Positions 47,092 through 62,008 of a DNA stretch of 64,000 nucleotides are shown piece after piece (the stretch's first letter is position 1; every line of letters begins with the position of its first letter). Below the pieces are notes generated by a model, which saw nothing but the letters and a program-made list of their open reading frames with translations, searched no databases and had not been told where the DNA came from. The stretch is taken from contig CAXHJY010000376.1 of assembly GCA_964016885.1 (NCBI GenBank), positions 10,012 to 74,011 of the forward strand. Direction: 5' to 3'. The position numbers were made by a program, and so were the translations under genes. The DNA is from Eledone cirrhosa (Eukaryota).

Positions 47092-48955
47092 TTATATATA
47101 GGGTTTAAAGTTTTGGAACGAGTGTCGGAAGCGGTGTTGGCAAGTTGCGAACACTTCTGATTTTTTATTAAGGAGATTATGTTTAGAGAAGATGATAGTA
47201 TGGGTCTCTAGTAGACAGAGGTTACAAAATTTATTAGGTGGTTTGTACGATGTTGCATTACCTACCACTTCCCATTTAAGTGTATATATTTTATTTTTAG
47301 TTTTTAGATAGTGTATGTAGCTAAACTGTGTTTTTTGAAAGAGTGGAGGTGCGAATTGTATCTAGTTTTGAAGCAGTTAGAAGTAGAGCCTATATAGGTT
47401 TCAGAGGAGTTGTTAGTTGTGACTGTACATGAGTATATGATATCCTTGGTTAAGCATTTTTTATCTAAAGGGCAGGTTCTACTTGATCTACAGTTACAAT
47501 TACTCTGGGTGCTAGTCTGCCGGTTACTATGCTGTGTAGAAGTTTGGATGTTAGCTATAGGGTTATGGTTATGTGGGTTGTGGTACGCAGCGTTAATGTT
47601 TACACTAGTGCTATTACTATCATTTCCAGTGATATTACGGTTATTTGCTATAATGTTACTTTGACTGTTATTTTGAAGGTTTATCGACTGTTGTGATTTA
47701 GTTTGTTGGAAGTAAGAATTAATTTTTCTTTTATTTGTACTAGCTATGTGGTATGCTAAGTTAGGCGTAGTAGAGTATGAGATCTTAAGTGTTTTTGTTT
47801 AAAAGGCCTTGGTACCTGTGGCCGGATGGGAAGTGTTTATCTAGTAGTGAGAAGAAAGCCCTAGGTAGGTTGGTAGAGACGTTTAAATTGAAAGGAGGGT
47901 TGAAAAATGTATTATTTCTTCTATTTCTGTTTTTTATGTCTGGTGATTTGTTTCCTTTAATGTTCCTATGGTCATTTCTGTGGTGCGGGTTACTTTTGTT
48001 GTTACAATCCCTATTAGTGTGTGTGCGGTTGCTATTCCTATTGTTAAATTTTCCCATGGACATGTTGTGTGAAATGATGCTGTAGCTATGTGTTTTTGTA
48101 GGTAGGAACTCTATCCCTGTATTATGGCCTGATCTAGCTAATGCCTGATTATAATACTGCGAGTTATTGTTAAATGTGTTTGTCATAGGATAGATTAGAG
48201 ATTCTATTAGATACTCCCTTAGAGATAGAGTTCAATATAGACTTAGGGTGGTTAGACTTGGTATCTACGTAGATGAGTTTTTCATTAGGTTTGTGGAAAG
48301 GTGCATATATCATTGAGTCTAGGTAGAGTGTGGCGTCTAGGAAGTTGACGTTTTTGGTGTTTTTGTCCATGGTAATACTAAGGTTAAAGTTTTTGAATGT
48401 TTTGTGCAATAGTTTTCTAGTCCTTTCTATATTGAATTTTTTATAGTCTATAAGTAGAAGTGCATCGTCGCGATACAAACCACCGCTGAGGTACGGAAGT
48501 TCCCTGTGGATTTGGTTAAGTAAGTATAGGCCAACTAAATCAGTGACCTGCGCCGAGTCACTAGACCCCATAGTAATGTCGAAGTTGTTTTGCGTATCCT
48601 TGCGGGTCCATAATTGGTCTTCAAAGGTGATTATTGTTTTACGGGCCGCAAGTATGACATCAATCTGGGATCTAGTCAAGTCACTATTGTCCATGGCCAT
48701 TATAAGTGCCTTATTAAGTAGGATAGGGGAAATAGAGGTGTAGTAAGAGTTGATATCAAATTGACTACATTTTTTATCCTTGTTATCTATGATATTTTTG
48801 AACCATTCAATCACCTCACCCGTATTTCCCCATTGTTTAAGGTAAATCTTGTGTTTAATCTGTGGGATGATTTTGTCTAGAATTTTTTTACTGATAATGC
48901 CAATGTCACACCTGGAGGGGCAGATTAGTCTAATCGAGGGGCTGCTAATGAAGTG
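47092..48955 (-). pseudogene. Frameshifted RT + GIY-YIG ORF of PLE 2
   Basis: Pieces 48170-48955, 47785-48186 and about 47092-47780, translated by hand; ends ...FQNFKPYI*. Confidence 0.87.
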
Positions 48956-49255
48956 GAGGAAACAATTGTAAGCAAATAAATGACTTAAACTGAACTTTGA
49001 TTATTGTAATCTCTATATAACTGCTCTGTAAAACAACTGATGTTATTACATTGAGCTATTTATCTTACTGGTAATAGGATAGTAATTAATGACTATCTTT
49101 CACTATTTAGGGTTTATATATATAATATATTACCATTAAAGGTTTTATTGCATACATAACCACAAATAGTACCCTTAATACTATATGTATGTATATATAT
49201 ATGTATATGTATGTATATATATATATGTATGTATATATATATATGTATCTGTATG

Positions 49256-49286
<31 letters not shown>

Positions 49287-49313
49287 GTATGTATATATAT
49301 ATATATTATGTAT

Positions 49314-49349
<36 letters not shown>

Positions 49350-49370
49350 GTATATATATGTATGTATATG

Positions 49371-49408
<38 letters not shown>

Positions 49409-49450
49409 TGTATGTATATATATATATATGTATGTATATGTATGTATATG

Positions 49451-49487
<37 letters not shown>

Positions 49488-49591
49488 GTATATATATGTA
49501 TATGTATATATATGTATATGTATATATATATATATGTATGTATATATATATGTATGTATGTATATATATATGTATGTATGTATATATATAT

Positions 49592-52500
49592 ATCATCATC
49601 ATCAACGTTTAACGTCCGTGTTCCACGCTTGCATGGGTTTGGACGGGGGTATTCCCACTTGAGGCAAGAGTGATTGTCTTGCTCGCATAGGACTGTCTGG
49701 CAGGTTTTCTACAGTTGGATGCCCTTCCTAACACCAACCACATTTACAGTGTGGGTCTGGGAGGTTTTTACCGTGTTGCCTACACGGCCACATTACAGCG
49801 TGGACTGTGTGTTTTTTTGTCGTGACACCTACACGATCTCATTTGTTTCAGCCTGGATGGTGTGGCACCAACATAACTTTACATAGAAGGGGGCGGTGTG
49901 GATGGGGTGGGGGTGGTGGGGCGGGGGTGTATTTTGTTAGAGATGCCTACTGACTGTAGTAGGTTTTACTTTGTATTTAGGTAAGGCGGGTCTTCTCTAT
50001 TACTGAGTACCGCCAAAGGTCTCGGTCCAGTGACATTGTCTTGGTGAGGTGTAAGTGTGTGAGGTCGGAGTTTATCAGCTCGTCCCAGGTTTTTCTGGGT
50101 CTGCCTATTCCGTGGCTACCGTCTATATTTATTGCCCTGCACTTTGTTATACAGCTATCGTCCTTCATGCGCATCACGTGACCATACCAACGTAGCCTTC
50201 TCTCTAGTAAACAACATCTGATCCCTCTTATTTCTAATTTTTTCCTTAGTTCGTTTATGCTTTGTCGTTCACGTATATTACTATTACACATCCAGCGGAG
50301 CATGCAAGCTTCGTTTCTCTCTAGTCTGCGTATATCCTCTGCACATAATGCCCAGGTCTCACTGCCATGCAACATTGCTGTTCGTATGCAGGCATCGTAC
50401 AGCCTGCCTTTCATTTTTAGGGAGAACCCTTTAGCGGCTAATAGTGGTATAAGCTCTCTGAACTTTTTCCACCCAGTTCTGACTCTAGCTACTGTACTTT
50501 CGGAGCACCCTCCCCCACTGCTGATTTTGTCACCCAGGTAACGGAAGCTGTCCACTATTTCTATAGAACCCTCTGCGCAGTTGAAAGAGCTAGTATTTTG
50601 TGGGCACTTGCTGCTACTTATTTCCCCAGAACATCGGCCACATGTAAAATCTATGTTCTTAGTTAGCTTACCTGTGATCCCACTACATCTTTTATGCACC
50701 CAAACTTTGCATTTGGGACACAAAATGGAATTTCTACCTACGCCTTTCCTACACTCTGCGCATGGCCACTTCCCGGAGGGGACCGCCGCCTTATTTTCTT
50801 TCTTACAAACTAGAACTTCAGTCTTAGCCAGGTTAATTTTAAGGCCTTTTGATTCTAGGCCGTGCTTCCATGTTTGGAATTTCTTCTCTAGCTCGGCCAT
50901 TGATTCAGCTATGAGCGTTAGATCATCTGCGTATAGGAGATCCCATGGGCAGCCGGTCTTGAACTCCACTGTTATAGCCTGGAGGGCAATAATAAATAGT
51001 AGGGGGCTAAGAACAGAGCCCTGATGAACACCAACTTTTACACTAAACTCTTCACTATATTCGTTGTTAATTCTAACCTTGCTGACTGTTTCTTTATACA
51101 TGGCTTGTATAGCTCTCACAAGCCATTCATCAACACCTAGTTTTCTAAGAGCCCACCAGATAATGGAGCGGGGGACTCTGTCGAAGGCTTTCTCCAAGTC
51201 GACGAAAGCTAAGTATAGGGGTTTACTTTTAGCTAGGTACTTCTCCTGTAGTTGTCGTACAATGAAAAGAGCGTCTGTGGTACTTTTTCCTGACACGAAC
51301 CCGAACTGCATTTCATCTAGATCAATTCGCTCTCTGATTAGTTGCGCTATAACTTTTTCCGTGACCTTCATGACCTGGTCGATTAATTTAATGCCTCTAT
51401 AGTTACTCCTATCTAGGGCATCTCCTTTACCCTTATAACAGTTAACGATAATGCTGCTGCGCCAGTCCTTCGGAACAACCCCATTCTGTATGACTTGGTT
51501 GACTATCCGGGTGACCATGGTGTGTCCCACCGTACCAGATGCCTTCAGCATCTCGGCAACTATTTCCGAAGGCCCAGCCGCCTTGCCTGTCTTCATATCT
51601 TTGATTGCCTTACTTATTATACTACCCTCGACTAACACTGCTGGTCCCTCTATTGGGTCAATGTGGGGGAGACTGTCTTTCTCCCATTTATTCTCCTCAT
51701 TTAGTAGCCTTTCATAGTGACACTTCCAAGCTACCTTCTTATCGGCGTCGGTGATGGCAAGTATGCCGTCATCATTAAGTACACACTTCTCCCCGACAAT
51801 ATCACCGTGTTCCTTGACACATTGCCTAGCAATCCTGAACACCTCACGTTTTTGGTCCTCACGTTGTAGAACATGCTTGAACTTTCTTTCCTCTGCTTCC
51901 CTTCTTGCGAAGTACACTTGTCTCCTAGCTTCCCTCCATGCCACTTGATAGTCTTCTCTGCTTCCCCCATCCCACCATACTTTCCAAGCCTGCTTTTTGG
52001 CCTTAATTGACCCCTCCACCTTACTGTTCCACCACCATGTTACTCTCCTCCTGCCTACAGGCCTGCTCCAGCCACAGACTTCGTCTGCCGCCGTCAACAG
52101 GTTTGCTTTCAGGAATTCCCACTGTTCCTCTACCTTGTACGTCTCTAATTGCTCTTCCTCACTGTCGAAAGCATCAAGTAATATGCTTTGGAATTTATTT
52201 TTGGCTGTGGGGTCCTTTAGCTTCCATATTTTTCTCCTGAGGATAGTCCTCTTCTGTTGTCTAGTACGTCTCGTCCTGACTATTAGGTCGCTAATTATCA
52301 GTCTATGTTGGGAAGTGCATTCTTCATGGGGGAGGGATTTAGTGTTTACGATAGTCACTTTGTCACGTCTTCTGGTAAGGATATAATCTACCTGGCTAGT
52401 ATGTTCCCCTGATCTGTAGGTGATCAAGTGATTGTCTCGTTTTTTGAAGTTAGTGTTGCAGATAGTTAGGTTATTTGCGTCGCAGAATTCCAGGATTCTG

Positions 52501-53128
52501 GAGCCTTCCTCATTTCTAGTACCAAACCCATAGCCTCCATGGATTTCGTCGTAGCCGTCACAATGTTGTCCAACGTGACCGTTTAGGTCGCCTGCAATAA
52601 TTATATAGTCACTGTCGGTTATTTGGGAGGTAGTGAGCATAAGTGTCTCATAGAATCTGTCTTTTATAGTGCTGGGCAGTCCGGATTGGGGTGCGTACGC
52701 GGATATTACTGTCACCGTAGTTCTATTGAGGACAAGTCTTATTTTAATTATTCTGTCGTTCACTCTATTTACGTCTATTATGTTATCTGCCCACTTTTCT
52801 GCTACCATGATTCCTACTCCACCCAGCCCATTGTCATTTCCCACCCAGAAAAGCTTATAGCATCGTTTTCTACCCACAATGTATCTAGCAGACCCACCCC
52901 TCCACCTGGTCTCTTGAATACAACAAACATCGACCTCCTTACGTTCAAGCATTTCTACAACCTCGTTAGAGCGACCCTTTAAGGTGCCTACATTCAAGGT
53001 ACCAAATCTGAAGTTTTGGATTGCGTTTGGGGGGTTGGAAAGGTGGGGAGCGGGGGGAGATGGGGTTATGTTAGCCATCCGCGGCCGAAACAAAGAGGCA
53101 TGCTCGCATTTTCGTCCTCGAGGTGTGA
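49592..53128 (-). mobile_element. RTE family A, nearly full length
   Basis: (GAT)n tail, 3' UTR and uninterrupted ORF; truncated a few codons below the ATG seen in the 30475-34209 copy. Confidence 0.95.
49977..53093 (-). CDS. RTE APE endonuclease-reverse transcriptase with PHD-like finger (1038 aa, no stops)
   Basis: All APE and RT motifs present; [26 protein letters not shown]...CGRC. Confidence 0.92.
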   Translation of the reverse strand: MFRPRMANITPSPPAPHLSNPPNAIQNFRFGTLNVGTLKGRSNEVVEMLERKEVDVCCIQETRWRGGSARYIVGRKRCYKLFWVGNDNGLGGVGIMVAEKWADNIIDVNRVNDRIIKIRLVLNRTTVTVISAYAPQSGLPSTIKDRFYETLMLTTSQITDSDYIIIAGDLNGHVGQHCDGYDEIHGGYGFGTRNEEGSRILEFCDANNLTICNTNFKKRDNHLITYRSGEHTSQVDYILTRRRDKVTIVNTKSLPHEECTSQHRLIISDLIVRTRRTRQQKRTILRRKIWKLKDPTAKNKFQSILLDAFDSEEEQLETYKVEEQWEFLKANLLTAADEVCGWSRPVGRRRVTWWWNSKVEGSIKAKKQAWKVWWDGGSREDYQVAWREARRQVYFARREAEERKFKHVLQREDQKREVFRIARQCVKEHGDIVGEKCVLNDDGILAITDADKKVAWKCHYERLLNEENKWEKDSLPHIDPIEGPAVLVEGSIISKAIKDMKTGKAAGPSEIVAEMLKASGTVGHTMVTRIVNQVIQNGVVPKDWRSSIIVNCYKGKGDALDRSNYRGIKLIDQVMKVTEKVIAQLIRERIDLDEMQFGFVSGKSTTDALFIVRQLQEKYLAKSKPLYLAFVDLEKAFDRVPRSIIWWALRKLGVDEWLVRAIQAMYKETVSKVRINNEYSEEFSVKVGVHQGSVLSPLLFIIALQAITVEFKTGCPWDLLYADDLTLIAESMAELEKKFQTWKHGLESKGLKINLAKTEVLVCKKENKAAVPSGKWPCAECRKGVGRNSILCPKCKVWVHKRCSGITGKLTKNIDFTCGRCSGEISSSKCPQNTSSFNCAEGSIEIVDSFRYLGDKISSGGGCSESTVARVRTGWKKFRELIPLLAAKGFSLKMKGRLYDACIRTAMLHGSETWALCAEDIRRLERNEACMLRWMCNSNIRERQSINELRKKLEIRGIRCCLLERRLRWYGHVMRMKDDSCITKCRAINIDGSHGIGRPRKTWDELINSDLTHLHLTKTMSLDRDLWRYSVIEKTRLT

Positions 53129-53196
53129 TCTATGTATGTATATATATATGTATGTATGTATATATATATATATATGTATGTATATATATATGTATG

Positions 53197-53242
<46 letters not shown>

Positions 53243-53360
53243 TGTATGTATGTATATATATATGTATGTATGTATATATATATGTATGTATGTATATATG
53301 TATGTGTATATATATGTATGTATATATGTATGTATGTATGTATATATATATATATGTTAT

Positions 53361-53968
53361 GTCAGGTCACCAGTTGGTGCTACTGGTAACATGTATCCCA
53401 GTACAACCTGTCCCATGGTCGGGTCGTTGGCGACTAAACTGGCAACCCCACCAAGGTTTCTTGGTGAGGAGGGTGACTTTGGACATCCTGCAGGACTAAA
53501 AACAAAACCTGTCAAAGGGCAAAGGAGCTCTTAAGAGTCAATGGCCATCCAAAATCACCGGGAGAGATGACCCCTTAGCCTTTGTCAAGGCAGAATTCTA
53601 GGAGAAGGAAAACTCTGATATAACACCTGCAACCCTGATGGTATCCAATGATGTTGACTTATTCTTCTTTTTGGTAAATATCATCTTGGTTAAGAGAGTG
53701 GGACTGGCTTTGTGCAGTGCCTTTGCTCACTATAAAAGCTTCACGGCACAGGCATTGCTTTATATCTGGAGATCTCTCTACACTTGTCGTCACATGGTAC
53801 CAAAGGCCCAACACTATGTGTCAATAATTGTCACAAGTGTAGTGTTTGTACCAGAGTTTTCAAGTCGCTGGCTGGACTAAAAAGTCACACTCGTTCAGCG
53901 CATCGGTAGGGGTTCTCCTACATGAATATAAAGTAGTGGCCGTACTCGAAAACGAGTTGGCAGCCACC
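53361..53968 (+). mobile_element. Element X, copy 5 (full length, 608 bp)
   Basis: Same ends and length as copy 3. Confidence 0.94.
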
Positions 53969-54041
53969 ATATATATATGTATGTATATATATGTATATAT
54001 ATATATATGTATGTATATATATATGTATGTATATATATATG

Positions 54042-54133
<92 letters not shown>

Positions 54134-54468
54134 TGTATGTATATATATATATATGTATGTATATATATATGTATGTATATATATATATATGTATGTATGT
54201 ATATATATATGTATGTATATATATATGTATGTATATATATATATATGTATGTATGTATATATATATGTATGTATATATGTATGTATATATGTATGTATGT
54301 ATATATATATATATGTATGTATGTATATATATATGTATGTATATATATATGTATGTATATATATATATATGTATGTATGTATATATATATGTATGTATAT
54401 ATATATGTATGTATATATATATGTATGTATGTATATATGTATGTATGTATATATATGTATGTATGTAT

Positions 54469-54561
<93 letters not shown>

Positions 54562-54624
54562 TATATGTATGTATATATATATGTATGTATGTATATATAT
54601 ATGTATGTATATGTATGTATATAT

Positions 54625-54672
<48 letters not shown>

Positions 54673-55154
54673 GTATATATATGTATGTATGTATATATAT
54701 ATGTATGTATGTATGTATATATATATATGTATGTATGTATATATATATATATGTATGTATATATATATATATGTATGTATGTATATATATGTATATATAT
54801 ATATATGTATGTATATATATATATGTATATATATATATGTATGTATATATATATATGTATGTATATATATATGTATGTATAAATATATATGTATGTATAA
54901 ATATATATGTATGTATATATATATGTATGTATGTATATGTATGTATGTATATATATATATGTATGTATATATATATATGTATGTATATATATATATGTAT
55001 GTATATATATTTATGTATGTATATATATTTATGTATGTATATATATATGTGTATGTATGTATATGTATGTATGTATATATATATATGTATGTATATATGT
55101 ATGTATGTATATATATATATGTATGTATATATATATGTATGTATATATATATGT

Positions 55155-55185
<31 letters not shown>

Positions 55186-55566
55186 TGTATATATGTATGT
55201 GTATATGTATGTGTATATGTATGTGTATATGTATGTGTATATGTATGTATATATATATATATGTATATGTATGTATATATATATATATGTATATGTATGT
55301 ATATATATATATATATGTATATGTATGTATATATATATATATGTATATGTATGTATATATATATATATGTATATGTATGTATATATATATATGTATATGT
55401 ATGTATATATATATATATATGTATATGTATGTATATATATATATATGTATATGTATGTATATATGTATATGTATGTATATATATATATATGTATGTATAT
55501 ATATATATGTATGTATGTATATATATGTATATGTATGTATATGTATGTATATATGTATGTATATAT
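53969..55566. repeat. TATG microsatellite
   Basis: Direct reading. Confidence 0.97.
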
Positions 55567-56266
55567 GAAGCTTGCATGCTCCGCTGGATGTGTAACAGTA
55601 ATATACGTGAACGGCAAAGCATAAACGAACTAAGGAAAAAATTAGAGATAAGAAGGATCAGATGTTGTTTACTCGAGAGAAGGCTACGTTGGTATGGACA
55701 CGTGATGCGCATGAAAGTCGATAGCTGTATAACAAACTGCAGGGCAATAAAGATAGACGGTAGCCACGGAATAGGCAGACCTACAAAAACCTGGGACGAG
55801 CTGATAAACTCCGACCTCACACACTTACACCTCTCCAAGACAATGTCACTGGACCGAGACCTTTGGCGGTACTCAGTAACAGAGAAGACCCGCCTTGCCA
55901 GTAGGCATCTCTAACAAAATACACCCCGTCCCGCCACCACCCCCACCCATCCACACCACCCCGTCCTATGTAAAGTTATGTTGGTGCCGCGCCATCCAGG
56001 CCGAAATAAATGAGATCGTGTAGGTGTCACGACAAAAAAACACACAGTCCACGCTGTAATGTGGCCGTGTAGGCAACACGGTAAAAACCTCCCAGACCCA
56101 CACTGTAAATGTGGTTGGTGTTAGGAAGGGCATCCAACTGTAGAAAACCTGCCAGACAGTCCTATGCGAGCAAGACAATCACTCTTGCCTCAAGTGGGAC
56201 TACCCCCGTCCAAACCCATGCAAGCGTGGAACACGAACGTTAAACGTTGATGATGATGATGATGAT
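55567..56266 (+). mobile_element. RTE family A, short 5'-truncated copy
   Basis: [12 protein letters not shown]...[10 protein letters not shown], 3' UTR and (GAT)6 tail; near-identical to 62009-62720(-). Confidence 0.94.
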
Positions 56267-56300
56267 ATATGTATGTATATATATATATATGTATGTATAT

Positions 56301-56341
<41 letters not shown>

Positions 56342-56413
56342 TATGTATGTATGTATGTATATATATATGTATGTATGTATGTATGTATATATATATGTAT
56401 GTATGTATGTATA

Positions 56414-56449
<36 letters not shown>

Positions 56450-56731
56450 TATATATATATATGTATGTATGTATATATATATATATATGTATGTATGTAT
56501 ATATATATGTATGTATATATATATATATGTATGTATGTATATATATATATATGTATGTATATATATATATATGTATGTATATATATATATATGTATGTAT
56601 GTATATATATATATGTATGTATGTATATATATATATGTATGTATATATATATATGTATGTATATATATATATGTATGTATATATATATATGTATGTATAT
56701 ATATATATGTATGTATATATATATATGTATG

Positions 56732-56790
<59 letters not shown>

Positions 56791-56799
56791 GTATATATG

Positions 56800-56893
<94 letters not shown>

Positions 56894-56940
56894 TGTATGT
56901 ATGTATGGTGTTTACATCCGTATGTATGTATGTATGTATG

Positions 56941-58224
56941 CATGGTGTTTACATCCGATATCGAACCTCAGGCAGCATATTTAACATCAGGCGCTTTGCT
57001 GCGAAGACAAAAGTATTTACATCAGTCATAAGAGACCTCTTGTATGCAGATGATTGCGATCTTGTAGCGCACACAGAGAGTGATATGCAGCACATTTTGA
57101 ATGTATTTTCTGACGCTTGCACTGCCCTGGGTTTGACTGTCAGTCTCAAGAAAACCGTCGTCATGTACCAACCTGCACCTGGTAGGCAGTACACTGAACC
57201 AAACATCTATGTGTATGGCAAACGACTTGGAGTGGTTGATCAGTTTGTCTACCTGGGAAGCACTGTCAATCGATACGGCAACCTTGACAGTGAAATCTCA
57301 CTTAGGATTAGGAAAGCAAGTGATGCTTTCGGAAAGCTAGAAAGGCGACTCTGGGGTCGGCGAGACATATGCAGGAGGACAAAGGTAAAGGTGTACAGGG
57401 CATGTGTACTCTCTTGTCTTCTTTATGCCTGCGAGACCTGGGTCACATATCGACGCCACCTTAAGCAATTGGAGCGTTTCCATCAGATGTGTCTCAGACG
57501 GATACATGGCGTTCACTGGAGGGACCACATCAGTGATGTCGAGATTTTGGAAAGCTCTATGTGTGACAGTATAGAAGCTCTTGTGCTTAAGCAGCGACTC
57601 CGTTGGAGTGGTCACCTTGCCAGGATGAAGGATTCTAGAATACCAAAACAACTCTTCTATGGAGAGTTGGTTAAAGGAAAACGACCGCCACATAAACCAA
57701 AAAAGAGGTATAAGGATTCCTTGAAGGCCTCTCTGAAAGACGCTAACATCTCTGCTGATACATGGGAAAATATTGCTGCTGATCGTAATAAATGGAGAAA
57801 GACTGTATATGAGGGAAAAGTTGCCTTTGAGGCATCTCGAATCGCACACGAGAAAGTAAAGCGGGACGTGAGGAAGGGTATTGCTGTTGCACTTCCAGAC
57901 GGCGAGGGTCCTCCTATGTTTCTGACATGCAGCGTCTGTGCGAGACTCTGCCTAAGCAAAGCTGGACTCGAAAGTCATCTTCGCAGTCATAAAGTAAGAC
58001 CAGTGGTTGACTACCAGGCTGCTGTTGGAGATGCTACTCATCATGCTTGCCAAACATGTGGTAGAGAATGTAAATCAGCAGGAGGACTCAAGCGACATGC
58101 AAAAGTACACGAACTCCAACCACAGCCGACTATTCCCAGTAAATGTTTTGGTTGCCGACTCTGTGCAAGACATTTTAGATCATTGGCTGGGCTAAAAAGC
58201 CACATTCGATCGCAGCACTGTTAG
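56941..58224 (+). CDS. C-terminal part of RTE ORF: RT palm/thumb + three C2H2 zinc fingers (5'-partial)
   Basis: CSVC..HLRSH, CQTC..HAKVH and CRLC..HIRSQH. Confidence 0.85.
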   Translation, partial: HGVYIRYRTSGSIFNIRRFAAKTKVFTSVIRDLLYADDCDLVAHTESDMQHILNVFSDACTALGLTVSLKKTVVMYQPAPGRQYTEPNIYVYGKRLGVVDQFVYLGSTVNRYGNLDSEISLRIRKASDAFGKLERRLWGRRDICRRTKVKVYRACVLSCLLYACETWVTYRRHLKQLERFHQMCLRRIHGVHWRDHISDVEILESSMCDSIEALVLKQRLRWSGHLARMKDSRIPKQLFYGELVKGKRPPHKPKKRYKDSLKASLKDANISADTWENIAADRNKWRKTVYEGKVAFEASRIAHEKVKRDVRKGIAVALPDGEGPPMFLTCSVCARLCLSKAGLESHLRSHKVRPVVDYQAAVGDATHHACQTCGRECKSAGGLKRHAKVHELQPQPTIPSKCFGCRLCARHFRSLAGLKSHIRSQHC

Positions 58225-58232
58225 TTGCTATC

Positions 58233-58272
<40 letters not shown>

Positions 58273-58351
58273 GCTTATGTGCGTGCGTGTGTGTGTATAT
58301 ATATATGAATATGTATATTATTATTGTTGTTGTCGTTATTATTATTATTGC

Positions 58352-58388
<37 letters not shown>

Positions 58389-58510
58389 GTTATTAATGTA
58401 TGTGTGTATATATGTGTGAGTGTATGTGTATGTATGTGTGTGTGTATATATGTATGTATGTGTATGTATGTGTGTGTGTATATATACGTGTATATATATA
58501 TATATGTATA

Positions 58511-58543
<33 letters not shown>

Positions 58544-58674
58544 CTTTTCCCTTTTTTTTTTTTTTTTTTTTTTATTTATTATTATTATTACTATTATTAT
58601 TATTATTATTATTTTTTTTTTTTTTTTTTTTTTATTGTGCAATGGCCATACTCGATAACGAGGGGGCAGCCATC
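56941..58674 (+). mobile_element. RTE (BovB-like) family C, 5'-truncated, TATG tail
   Basis: [27 protein letters not shown]; 3' terminus GGCCATACTCGATAACGAGGGGGCAGCCATC + (ATGT)n. Confidence 0.92.
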
Positions 58675-60044
<1,370 letters not shown>

Positions 60045-60235
60045 GATCCAAAATTAAGATAAATTAAATGAATTTAATCTAAATCAAAATTATAGGTGTT
60101 ATGCCAGAAAGACATGCACCATATCACCCGGAAAATAAGCTCTAAGATTCTAACGAGTAGGTCCGAGCATTTTATAATAACTAGAAATTGATTAACATAT
60201 ATATAAATATGAATAATCCCAGGAGATAATATATA

Positions 60236-62008
<1,773 letters not shown>

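Larger units (their letters stand above)
45071..49183 (-). mobile_element. Penelope-like element 2 (Naiad-type) with inverted terminal segment
   Basis: RT ([30 protein letters not shown]) and GIY-YIG (CNCRSSRTCPLD, IIYSC, YIGST, CNLC, LNKKSE..CQH); 62-bp inverted repeat at 45071-45132 / 48954-49015. Confidence 0.88.

Noticed and set aside
57925-58224. Host C2H2 zinc-finger gene
   Set aside because: The fingers are in frame with the RTE RT and followed by the retroelement 3' terminus, so they are part of the LINE protein.
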